From positions 1 to 45,117 of the forward strand of contig RHPI01001302.1 in assembly GCA_009103225.1 (NCBI GenBank): 45,117 nucleotides of DNA. Direction: 5' to 3'. The notes beneath the pieces were generated by a model, which was not told where the DNA came from, searched no databases, and saw only the letters and a program-made list of their open reading frames with translations. How positions within the stretch are numbered: position 1 is the stretch's first letter; each line of letters opens with the position of its first letter. This document shows positions 23,495 to 34,955 of this stretch, one piece after another. Source of the DNA: Chlorokybus atmophyticus. Taxonomy: Eukaryota; Plantae; Mesostigma and Chlorokybus algae. The translations under genes were made by a program, and so were the position numbers.

Positions 23495-25481
23495 TGTTGA
23501 GAGTCATTCCTACATATATGATCAGCATCGACCCTCCACACAGGAGTAGAAGGTCGTTAGGACGAGCACTAGGTCCGGACTTAGCAAGATGGCGTCGTCG
23601 GACCAGACTCCGGACTCCAGACTGGAGCCTTACTAACTGCTTTGTATCTCCGCGTAAACTTATTACATATTATACGTGTAAGAGCTTATTGGAAAGCTCT
23701 GATTGTAAGGAAGACAACGCAGCTTAGAGCGCGTAAAAAAGCTGAGTATATCTTACGCACTGCTTGCAAACGTACACGTGTGTGTAACTGGCTGGTATAA
23801 GAACCAGCGGACAACTTGTAATAGATGAATGTCATGTGACTTGTGTATGCTCTGGTGGCGGTAGCTCTGTCTCTGTGTGTCCATGCTTGCCTCAACTACA
23901 TGCATGCTAGTCCTTCAACAGGTTATGGGCCCACGCTACGCTTGAGGAGTGTGAGACTAGCTTGTGTGCATAGTAGTTCTACACTACGGTAGCTTGTTGG
24001 TAGCAGAGCCTTGGGTGTCAACTGCAAGTGAAGGCAGGCATGACAAAGATGGAGGCGACCTACGACAAGGGGCAGATTGCAAAGCTGGACACCAACAACT
24101 ACAACACATTGTGCGTGGAGATGAAGGCCTTGCTCATCCACAAGAAGGTGTGAAAGTACGTTGATCCGAAGGCACCACCACCAACACCAAGAGCAAACAC
24201 TGTGTGGTCAGAGCATTCAGCAGAAGCACACTCTTTGCTTGTGTTGAACAGCAAACCGCATCACTTTCCCATGCTCACTGCATGTGAAGATGGTAGACAA
24301 GCTTGGGAAAAGCTATCAGCCGTTTTCAGAGTCAAGAACAATGCCAGAAAGTTGCATCTACGCAAGCAGCTTAGCGCACTCAGGAAGGTGGCAGCAGAAC
24401 CTATTACGAAGTATTTTGCACGCGCGAGAGAGCTATGGGCAAACCTCATCAACGTCGGCCACAACATGTGGGAGACGGAGGTAGTGCTGGCCATTATTGC
24501 AGGGCTACCAGCAGAGTACGAGGTCGTCGTAACACTGCTGGAGACATCGGCAGCAGAGTACGAGATCGTCGTAACACTGCTGGAGACATCGTCAGCGCAG
24601 CTGACGCTGGACGATTTACTATCGGAGCTGCTCACCGTGGAGCAGAGGGTTGTGAAGAAGGACGAGCAAGCTAATGCCGTGGCCTTCTACACCAACAAGC
24701 ACGGGAAGAAGAGCAACCATGAAGAGAACAACAAGGGCAACAAGCCGGGCAATCCTCGTCACAAAGACCTCACATGCCATGAGTGTGGTTGGAAGGGGCA
24801 CATTGTGAAGGACTGTAGGAAGAAACAACAGGGGCAACCTAGAGCAAGCACCAGCAACAGCGGCAACGAGCACCAACACAAGGAGAAACATGTCGTCTTC
24901 ACTGCATCCAGTTCGAGGGCGGGCACAGTTTTTTGGGTGGTGGACTTTAGCTGCGATCGTCATCTCACCCCCAACAAGGAGCTGATGGAGGGCTACAGGA
25001 AGCTGACGTCACCAGTGAAAGTGGCAGGCTTTGGTGGCGAAATACTGGTGGCTGAGGGAGTTGGCAATGAACGACTCCAGTGCAAGGTTGGTAACACACT
25101 ATGCGAGGTGTTGTTATGCAACGTCCTGCATGTGCCAAAGGCTGTTGCAAGTCTGTTCTGTGTAAGAGTTGCTGAGGGCTTGGGAGCAAAGATAGTGTTC
25201 CGGAAGGGTGACTGCACAGTTATCTTTGATGGGGTCGTGCACATGGTTGGAATCGCTGATCCGAGAGGGCTCTACCACGTAAAGCAGCACCCTCAGAACA
25301 TTGACATTCAAGCCATGGTGGTAAAGGACAAGGAGTCGCCATTATTGTGGCATCGATGGTTCAGGCATCTCAGCTATGTCAACCTCACTCGCCTGTCGCT
25401 GAGAAGATGGTCAAGGGCATCCATCTCAGCACAGAAGAACTCAAGAACGCATCAAGTGCACGGTGTGAACCATGTATGGTT
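23495..25481 (+). mobile_element. Truncated copia D (LTR 23495-23920, PBS 23921-23933, defective gag-pol from 24049)
   Basis: Same LTR family as B and C; TGA at 24151; DFSC protease; 42-bp duplication AEYEVVVTLLETSA/AEYEIVVTLLETSS; breaks just after the CEPC motif. Confidence 0.93.
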
Positions 25482-26401
25482 CACACCGGTAATTTTAAGA
25501 CCCCCGAACTTATGAAAATTTATGGTAAACGCACTGAGTATTCGTTTGATTTACCGTTTCAGCTTTTTATCGAGTGAATATTCAAGTGTTTTCGTACATT
25601 CGGTGCGATCCCTGGCAAAACGAAATCGCAAAATTCACCTATAAATCGCGTGAGTATCCACACGATACATCAACGCCACCTTTTAAAACCCATATACCTC
25701 GTGTATTTAGCTGAAACCGATTGAATGTTCAAGGGCATGCCATTGTAAATGGACACAGCATGTGCTCTGCTAAGTATTCAGCTATACATTGCCTGAACAT
25801 TCATGAAGGGGCATAAGCTTGTGGCTATAATAGACAGCTTAAACTCACCAAGTCCCAACTGCCCGTGAATAATCAATTGATCAGCTTGTCACACATGTAT
25901 ATCCATACCCTTCATCAGTTTCATGCCACAGATGTGAGTGAACATTCAATACCAATCTAAAACTACGCAATACGATTCACATTAAGTCCTAGCTTTAAGT
26001 GAATCTTCAACACCATTCCAAAACCAAGCAATACGTTTTGCACTAACTCTTAGCTGTGAGTGAATATTCAACCCCACACGAATAAACATATACTCTCATT
26101 TTTGCCAAGTCCCGAATGTGATTAAAAACCAAGTAGATTGCACTGCTAATTCTAATATACAGTCTATATGTCAAAGCCAGAGTTGCTCAGCAATTCTACA
26201 CAGCTGGTTTGAGTTGATGGTGGGGGACAGCTATGATATGGACTACAGCATGCTACACACCACCTGCTACTACTAGCTCGACTCATGTCTTTGCTGTGCT
26301 AACATACTGTCCATGAGTGTTCGCAATCGTCTTCTCAACCTGTCTGCCACTTAAGGATGAAACCAACTCCTTTGCATCTGCACACAACCACACAGTATAT
26401 C
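25482..26401. other. AT-richer orphan insert starting CACACCGG with dispersed GTGAGTGAATATTCAA-like repeats; possible DNA-transposon end
   Basis: Sharp junction with copia D; motif variants near 25572, 25934, 25998 and 26056. Confidence 0.35.
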
Positions 26402-26452
26402 GGGTTAGGGTTAATTAGGGTTAGGGTTAGGGTCAGGGTTAATCAGGGTTAA
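26402..26452 (+). repeat. Interstitial telomere-like (TTAGGG)n tract
   Basis: GGGTTAGGGTTAATTAGGGTTAGGGTTAGGGTCAGGGTTAATCAGGGTTAATCA. Confidence 0.85.
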
Positions 26453-26483
26453 TCAACTACATGTGCATGCTAGTCCTTCAACA
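26453..26483 (+). mobile_element. Terminal 31 bp of a copia B/C/D-family LTR
   Basis: TCAACTACATGTGCATGCTAGTCCTTCAACA, identical to 10744-10774. Confidence 0.9.
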
Positions 26484-29400
26484 CGCACTTGCACATGGAT
26501 AGTTGACTTCCGCCAATTGAACAGGTAGATCTGATACACCCGGCATGGTGCAACAGTTGGGTCCGCCATCTTCATATTATCAACGCCTCTGCGTCTGCAA
26601 ATGCTAATACAAAGGCTTCACAAGCAAGACACACGCGTGCATGGCTGTGTTATAGACCGGACAGGCACTGTCTAGTGCCTATAAGTCTTCAGGTCACAGC
26701 AATGGAATGCATAAGTTGTAGACAGTGCCTATGAGTCTTCAGATCGCAGCAATGGAATGCATAAGTCGTAGACAGTGGAAAGTACCTATGAGACTTACGT
26801 CACAGCAATGCATAGCTCGCAGATTAAACGACACACCTGTAGATGACCCCGTTACGCACATATGCGCGCAACTTGAGTATGACTCCGGGCAAGTTGCCAG
26901 TGATGGTCTCAACGCATTTGATTTTCAAGGCCAAGATCCCTTGAGGGTGACAGGCTTCCTAGTGCTGCCAATAAGGATGCTCTTCTCTCTGATCAGTTGC
27001 GCATGCTCCAAGTCTGGGAATTTCTCAGCAAGGGTCCAGAACTCCATGGCGTGCTTTTGAGTTTGAGAGCGCACTTCGTACTGACAGTCACTACATGCTC
27101 CACTCAAAAGCTGGTAAACCTGCTGAGAGTATGCCATCATATCATCAGCTCGGTGGCACAACAGCTTTCCGATCTGATGATCTTCTCGCATTACGTTGAG
27201 CATCCGGAGAAACCATCTCCTTAGTGTACGCCGCATGTAGCTGATCTCAAATTGTTTCCCGTTGGTGAAGGTGTTGACATAGTTGGACACAGTGCGCTCT
27301 TGCACAAAACACCAGTACACATCATGACTCCCATGCCGGATGATGTCCTCCAGAATGTGACCGGCACCGGCCACGCTCGTTGGGCCTTTTGTTGGTGCCA
27401 AACAGGTCCTCCAAGTAGACCCTCCGATATTTCAAAAGAGCGTCAGCAAGTTGCAACAGCTCCACAGTCCATCCATGTATGCGAGAGCTGTGGAAGAAGA
27501 TGCGGATGAGCAAGTGAAGCGCAAAGCTGACGTCTCTAGTTGCTTCGTCTAGCAGATCGGACACAGCGTATGGCACAGCATACTGCACGAACATCTGCAA
27601 GTCTTGGGCCTTGAACCAAGCCAGGTGCTTGTTGATGCCTCTTGAGAAACGTTTGTTCTTCAAGTCCATGGGGCGATATATGCGCATCTGGGACAGCCTG
27701 CGCTCCACCTGGGCAATGTCTTGGACATGCTTTATTCTGTCTGCTCCAAGCGTACTGTGCACCAAACTCTTGGAAAGCCCCTCCAGCAACAGGTGCATAG
27801 TGTCATAGACCAAGTCGCGGTAAGGGTTAAATTTATACAGATGCCACAACCGTTAGAGTGGAGATTTCCCGGTTATGCCGCACTCCATTGATTTTTCTTT
27901 TCGGTTTTGGCCATCGAGTGAGTGTACCATGCATGCGTTGTCACACGCATTTTTTGCTGCTCTCTCTGCTGGGGGATGGCGGCAGTAGTAGCGATTGTCA
28001 CTATAAATATGGTCAGTACGTGTCCTCGTAGTAGCTTCACCCTGCTCAGCACGCCGGAGCACTTGGTGCTGAGTGGCTTTGAGGAGACAACGCCGGCAGG
28101 GGACGAGGCCTCCATTCTTAAACTGGCGTATCTCACGTTGCGCTCGCTGGTCACCCGTCCATGCCACAGTACTACCCGCAGCGTTATGACCTGCAATAAA
28201 GGCAACATCAATATCTAACAACACCAGTCTGATAGGACTGTCATAGGCCGCACTGGGCAGTGCAGCCTGTGACAGTTTCTTAGACCGCAAGAAGGCAGAT
28301 ATGATATAACCAAGTCGTAGCCAGTGAACAGTGCCTATGAGATTAAGGTCATAGCAACGTACTGCATAAGACACTGAACAGCGCCTATGAGACTTTATTA
28401 CACACTACAATGGAGTGCATACTTCATAGACACTGGACAGTGCCTATGAGACTTTGGGTGATAAAGATGATATGACATGACATAACCAAGTCATTACCTG
28501 GTCGTCGATCAAGCATGCGGCTATCAACATAATTGGAGTCGAGGCCATAACGAATAGTGAAGCCGTTCAAGTAGAGGTTCTCCTGGTCACGCACTAGTGG
28601 TTTTAAAAAGGGCTCCAGACTGTCCACACCGTTTGGGAGCTGATCAGTAGGGACAAAAAGCAAAGGCATGACGGAAGACTCTTGTGAGGAAATGCGCTTC
28701 CCTCCATTAAGAACAGAGGCACTAACAACAGTGCTTCACAATGGTTGTTGAGCTGAAGCCGTCGGCGTGGATCAGCAGGGCTATGTTGCGAGGGTTCCCA
28801 TGAGCTTGCTGAACCATCTGATGGTTGGGTTTGTGGACCTCTGAGCATTCGAATGTCACGTGATCACCTGCGTTGCGATGCTCCGAGTCGACATCCGGGA
28901 TGTGGTAGCAGAATGCGCAGGAAACAGGCAGCTCGATTTTGTGGCGAGGGTTCCAGAAGCTGCAGTGATGCCGCTTCTTCGCACCATGCCAGTACTTAGT
29001 GTTTGCAGCGGGTACTTGTTCCACAGGGAAGTGCATCCATTCATATTTGCGGCGCCATTCCTCATGATATTCGTGAGCGATTGAAGGGACAGCTAACTTG
29101 GCGCTGAGCTAGGCACCTATACGATTGTACAAGAAGTCGCAACATTCTTTGCAAACCCTGCCGCATCCCCCTCCGCACGGTGTGTTGCAAAGGCGATAAA
29201 TCATTTTTTGCTTGGTCTCGCCCGTGTCCCAGTCCTCGTCATCTTTATTGAGTGTGGGATAAAATGCATAAAACAAGTACTTGCATGTGGGACAGACGGT
29301 CAGGGGCTGAGGAACATGCATGCCGAGCGCGGCCAACAGCTTATCCACGGCGGCAATGTCGGTCGGCAGCTCATCCGCGACAGGGCTGTTCGACATTGTG

Positions 29401-31120
29401 TCGCATATGAGGCTGGCGATGTTATACCATAATTGCTCCTGTTAAAAAGGAACCTCCAAGGCCAGGTTGACCACAGAATGTATCTGGCCAAAGATGAGCT
29501 TCATGATCTCGTTGACGAGAGCAACCTGGACACCAGAATCTTCCAGGGCTGTCACGATGTATGGGTAGATATTCAGCCACTTCTTTGTAGCAGACTCTGA
29601 TGGTGGTTGGCTAAGCTTGGGAGGTTGACCAAGGGGGAATAGGTGGTGCCCACCTACTTGCGGCAACTGCCAGGTCAAGTGCACGGTGCGCCTTTGCAAC
29701 TGCTTCGTCCACCATCTATGATGACAGAGCTCCGTCAGCTAGCCAGCGATCAACACCAATCTACATCACCACGCTATCAAGAAACACAAGCAAGAGACAT
29801 GCGTGCATGGCTGTGTCAGAGACCAAATTGGCACTGTTCAGTGCTTATGAGAGTTTAGGTCACAGTTATGGAAAGCAGTGGATTGCATAAGTCGTAGACA
29901 TTACAGTGTTCATGAAGATGCAATGCAAAACTCATAGATTGCACTGCTTACCATGCCGCGGCATCCACTGTAACTGCAGTTGCAGATAACTTGACGATTC
30001 CACTGCTGCTGCTGGCTCTCCACATGATGAGATGGCTCGTTGGCGAATGCTCCACCTCCCGCTTCAGCAGTTGGTGGTAGAGGGGAATGCGAAGTGGATG
30101 GCTGGCCATCGGATGCAAAGGGGTGAGCAGTAGGCTGAGCAACTGAAGCTGGCCTCCAGGGGGCCGTAATAGTAGGCGCTTAACAACTGCAAGCACGCTC
30201 ATTGCAGGACAAAGTTTCGAAGCTTTCAAGATATCTGTGCTAGCTGTGTTGATGTCGCAAACAACCAGCTTTAAAAGCTAGCCAATGGGGCAAGGATGTT
30301 ACGTGACTGAGGGATCTGCGCGCCCATCCACCTCCATTGGGGACGCGTTGTCACCAGCGAGGCCGCTATCAGCCAAAAGTTGGGACACCTCAGCTTCTCT
30401 GCGAGCAAGAGCTTGCTCTCTTTGGCTTAACTCCAAGTGCTTCTAACGTAGGAGACCTTGCGTTGCGTTGAGAACCAACTTGGAACGCTGCTTCCGCTTG
30501 CGCCAAGCTGCTTAATTGACTACAGCTAGCTTGAGTCCGATAGACTTGTGTAATCTGTTAGTAATATCAGCTGCTTTCCGGTCCGCTATGCTCGGTGCAT
30601 GCGTAGTACCCACAAAACCAGCTGCCCCAAAGGTTATAGCCACCACTGCCGCCGCCGTCGCTGAGATTGCAGCGCAAGCCCAACACCCTAGCAAACGGAC
30701 GGGGGAGCATGCAACCGAGTGCCTGGTACTCGTTTAGCATTGGCGCACGTGACCGTGGCAGCAAAAGGACCAGGTGATGTGTCGTCGTGCCCAGGCTAGG
30801 TACGCAGCTTGGTCCAAGTAGCTGCCAATGTACCGCTCCAACCCTGGTCCGTAATATTCATGAGCGAGTTGTTGAGTGCTGAACCCAGAGCAGGCATGGT
30901 CTACAAGGGCCGCTTGTGAACGTACTAGTGCAGTAGGGTCCTGCTTGGCGGAACCATGATTGGTCCATACTGTACACGCGTGCTGTACTAATGCTCCTCT
31001 ACTTCGCAGACCGAGGGGGGCGCGGCCAGCCCTAGTCCTACTGCTCAAGCCGCGTGCTGAGTGCTGCACTAGTTTGCAGGCCATCCGGCTATGGGGCGGG
31101 ACCACCGGTGGTCCGGTCAC
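26484..31120 (-). pseudogene. Multi-exon CACTA/EnSpm Tnp2 (TnpD)-like transposase
   Basis: GNPRNIALLIHADGF; LEPFLKPLVRD; WTGDQRAQ...PCRRC; GITGKSPL...DLVYDTMHLLLEG; RHGSHDVYWCFVQER. Introns 26595-26836, 28191-28497 and 29761-29951. About three small frameshifts and several in-frame TAA/TAG. Confidence 0.85.
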
Positions 31121-31191
31121 ACTGGTTCGCCACAGCGAACCAGACGCGGTTTGCGGGCCGCGTACGACTGGTCCGCGCGTAAAAAGCCCTG
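31060..31191. other. Palindrome-rich segment resembling a DNA-transposon terminus (CAGGGCTTTTT on minus strand)
   Basis: GGACCACCGGTGGTCC palindrome at 31099-31114; CTGGTTCGC/GCGAACCAG hairpin at 31122-31143; no partner TIR found. Confidence 0.3.
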
Positions 31192-31379
31192 TAATAGCGC
31201 CGAAGCTACTTTTGCATTGCGTTTATAATGCAACTTGCGGCTTCGCAAGCCGGAAGTCTATTCGCTCAAACCAGCAAAGGTTCAGCAGCATCCCTGGTGC
31301 CAATCATGAGCAAAACAACAGAAGCAAAGAACAGTGAAAACTTAGATGAGAGAACACATGATGATGTTCCCACCCTTAA

Positions 31380-33003
31380 GTTCCTGCCATGTGGAGCATT
31401 GTGGCAACTCGCCCAAAGTGCCACTTGCTTCGCGCTTCAAATTGCGCTTCTAGCTGGTGCCTGACAAGCTTTTTGCAATTGCAAATATGTTCAGGCACCT
31501 TGAGCAAGCCCCCCCCCCCCNAAGAGGCTCCTTTGCCATCGTGCGCTGTTCGTGTGCATATCATAAAAAGGGATACACATTGCGCTTGATGAAGCCAAGT
31601 TGTAGTGAGTTGATTCAATGAGGTTATCATGTAGTTGAGTAAATGGCAAGGGAACTACATCACTATTTGATAATTACATTATCTATCATAAAGTCTTTAA
31701 GTAGTTCTTGCAAATTATGCTCGTGTGCAAGTCGAATATATAGCTATCAAGCTTTGCCTATCATTGCGGGTATAAAGAACGGACTTGCTAAGTTGTGCAT
31801 TTGCGAGCTGGTACCGCCAAGTACACAACTAACCAACGCGACAACGATGATGACGACGATGTTGGCGCATTGCGCTTTACATGCGCATGCTTGGAGTGTG
31901 CAAGTATAATGGCATTATACAAAAACTTGATGCAAAACCGGTACAATTGTATTTAACTGCATCGTTGCGTTTTAACCGTCACTGTTGAAATGCATAGTAA
32001 TATTACAGTTGTTGATCATTACTAGTATAAGTGTCAAGCCCCCCCCCCCCCCCCCCCCCCCAAATCTGCAACTCCTTAAAATGTTGCAACGACTGCAGCT
32101 TTGGTATGTTGTTAAGCTTATTAAAATCCACCAATTTTTTCAACTGTTGCAAGCAATCGACTTCTTGGATACCTCAATCAGATTTATGTTGTGACACATC
32201 CAGCACTTCGAGGTGATGCAATTCCCACAGCTTAACAACTGGCCATGATGCCAAACACATGTTGCACAGAATCAATAGCGGAGGTCCTTCATCTTGCACA
32301 CCTGTAGCAAAGGAAGCTGATGAGCGACGCAGCATGGGAAGGGGGAAGGGGGCATAAGCCCCCAATGCACTGACGCAGGTGCACTGATGCAGGAAAGATG
32401 CGCATTTACGACCAGCTGTTGCTCATATACCCCAACCTGCAGTACTATTCGTACATTGCTAGCATTGCACGCCCCTCACCTGCTGTAACAAGCCTTCTGG
32501 GTTGCAATCGACATCATATTGAGCGCTAATGCTTGAGTTTCGGGAGCTCTATACTGGGAATGGCACGCAAGTTGTTGCAAAAGTGCAAGCTAAAGAAAAG
32601 CAGATGTGGCAGAATTAAACAATCTACTGTGGGTGCTGTGAGGGACGTCAAGGAGACGCAATAAGCGAGATCCAACATCTACAATAGGCATGAGATTAGT
32701 GGCATACTTGCATGCATGCAGATGCAGGCAGTGAAAGTTGCATCTGCAGGTTTGTAAACTTATTGCTGTCCGGCAGGACGACAAATCTACCGCAACGTAT
32801 CAACACCAGCGAGGGCAGCTGTAGACAAAATGAACCAGGACAGCGTGTTATTGTAGCTGCCAAGCATGAATAAGAATATTTCATATTTCATTCCGTTTTA
32901 CAACTTACCAGGATATTTGCCTTCGCATCTCAGCGCATCTCAAAACTGCCAAAGGACAAGTCCAAAGCATAAAGCTTGTTGTGTACTGCTCCTTTGGTCA
33001 CTT
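31380..33003 (-). pseudogene. Leucine-rich repeat gene remnant
   Basis: KLYALDLS; LPSLVLIRCGRFVVLPDS; CNNLRAIPSIELPKLKH; LWELHHLEVLDVS; LQSLQHFKELQIWG; GLLKVPEHICNCKKLV, with GT-AG introns and frameshifts. Confidence 0.6.
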
Positions 33004-34121
33004 TGTCAGGTTGAGGAGAATCGATTGTCACACTGTGTCGGGCCGCTACAGGGAAAGACGTGCTTGCTAGTCCTGTTGCTGCAACATGTTGTAACCTGTA
33101 GCAAAAGTAAAAGATAACCCAGCTTGTATGGCGAGGAGTGCTTGGTGGAGCTGCTCCGCTGTCGCTAAATCACACGGACACGTGGAGGCAGTGTCCTCCT
33201 TAGTGTACATGCTGTGCTATAGGACACACAATCACCAAGCCACCCCCCTGGCGTTTCTGGGGAGGTTCCAGCTCCAGAGCTCAGTTGTTAACGCAGGTGA
33301 GGAGGACCGTTGGCGCGGCAATCGTCGCACCAGTACTCCTCCATGGGTATGCGTCCAATGGGGGCTCCAGACAATAGCAATGCAGGCCCATGTTGCAGCC
33401 ACCGCAGAGCATCATGAGTGCGTCGTCGCCGGCGCTGCCGCATCATTCACAGCGTGTGCTGCAGGCGGGGCGAGGGTGCTGGATGCGCGCAAAGCCTGCT
33501 ATGTAAGGAAGGTGACATGGCGCGCAGTTCACCATGTTGTCTTTCAACCTCTCGCCATTTTTACCGAGGCGGTCCAGCACTCTTATGGGGTACACCTTGA
33601 GTACCTTGTGGACGGTGCGGCCCACGGAGGTGTCAAGCGTGTCTTTGGTGGCTGCCATGCGGTAGGCAAAGCCCCCTGCTTAAAACCGTCGTTGGCGCTC
33701 CTTGTAGAAGCCGCTCCGCACGCGCTCGTAGCGCAGGGTGTCGCGGTGCTGTGTGATGCGCAGGTTGGTGAAGGCCATTGGGACGGTGTGCTCGAACAAC
33801 GTGGCCCGTGTGGTAATGTCGTGGTGCATCCAGTTGAGATCTTAGAGGTTATTCACCACACGATCTACTTCTTGCTGTGCACGAAAGGGAAGCAATAGCG
33901 GACGCACGAACAGCAGGTAGTAGGGGCTGTACTCGCGCGGAGCCGCCTTCTTTAACAATTGGTATCCAAGGGCCACCCACGGAAGGTGGTCGTCCCAGGT
34001 GTTCTTCTCATACTCCAGCACGTACTTGTGGAGTGCCTTCTTGATAGTCTGTACTGTCCGCTCGGTGAGACCGTCGGCTTGGGGGTGGTCACGCGAAGTG
34101 CGACGGTAATCAATGTAGCAT
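33004..34121 (-). mobile_element. 3' fragment of a second, diverged copy of the PHD-bearing gypsy (integrase C-terminus, PHD, 3' module)
   Basis: Collinear with ~21690-22793 (DHPQADGL.ER, RAQQEVDRVVNNL, EYWCDDC, poly-G tract); contains nonsense codons and a frameshift. Confidence 0.92.
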
Positions 34122-34653
34122 CACCTGTAGAAATGGCCCCCCAACAGCCTGGCTTGGACCAACTTGGTTTAAGATTCAATTGTAACTTGATTGGGTATCT
34201 AGTAGCAACCGAGTACTGATTTCTACCTCTTTTCTTGCCTTAGTCACAACTTAGTTTGAAATTCAGCTGCCATTAAGATGCAACAGAAGGCGTGCATTAA
34301 ATTCGGTATCCGTCTGTTCTTGAACTTAATAGTGGCCAAATCCCGCACTAATTGCTGGATAGATCATGCATTAAGAACATTGATCTTAATACTATGCAGT
34401 GGTTGTTTACCTCTACATCCTCAATAATGTTTTAACCTTGGTGGGCACTTTGCAGTGGATCAGGTGTCATTATTTGTTGTTTCTAATCGGTTGTTTTGTC
34501 CACATCCTTCTCTTTGTGATTAATCTGGTTAGCGTTAAGTTTGTGATTAGCTTACACCTTCACATTGTGTGCTCTCTGGATTCGTCAAAAGCTTTTAGCC
34601 GTAGTCTATACGAAGAGTTTCATTTGCTAAGATCACAGTCTTTAACATTCATG

Positions 34654-34820
34654 CCAGATATACAAAGTTTCGGTTGCGGTATGCACGAAGTGTGGCAGTT
34701 GCACACAACCTGAGTCCCAAAGCTTTATGCTAGATCCTGAACAAAGTGTGGGTTGCGGTATGCACGAAGTGTCGCAGTTGCACACAATCTGTGTTTCAAG
34801 CCAGATCCTGAACAAAGTGT
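34654..34820. repeat. Tandem duplication, ~79-bp period
   Basis: GGTTGCGGTATGCACGAAGTG at 34672 and 34751; AGATCCTGAACAAAGTGT occurs twice. Confidence 0.85.
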
Positions 34821-34955
34821 TGTATGCATCTGTTGATAATGCATGGTTGCGTGCGTACACAATGCATGTGGTGATAATGGTAGATGATGTGCAATGCTGA
34901 AATTCAAATGCAGAATCAACCAGTTCTAGGCTAGCATCTAGCTAACTCAGCATTG

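Noticed and set aside
23490-26488. Copia D plus the 26453-26483 LTR end as one intact insertion
   Set aside because: Flanks AGGCC and CGCAC are not a TSD, and the exon frames either side do not join cleanly.
26484-31120. Plavaka-type transposase assignment
   Set aside because: Motifs (PRNI.L...DGF, D.MH, W.F..ER) fit Tnp2/EnSpm better; the Plavaka DKT/PVY motifs were not seen.
32940-33003. Apparent extension of gypsy copy-to-copy similarity (SKLVYDAD vs NKLYALD)
   Set aside because: Nucleotide homology stops at ...GACA; KLYALDLS fits the neighbouring LRR gene instead.
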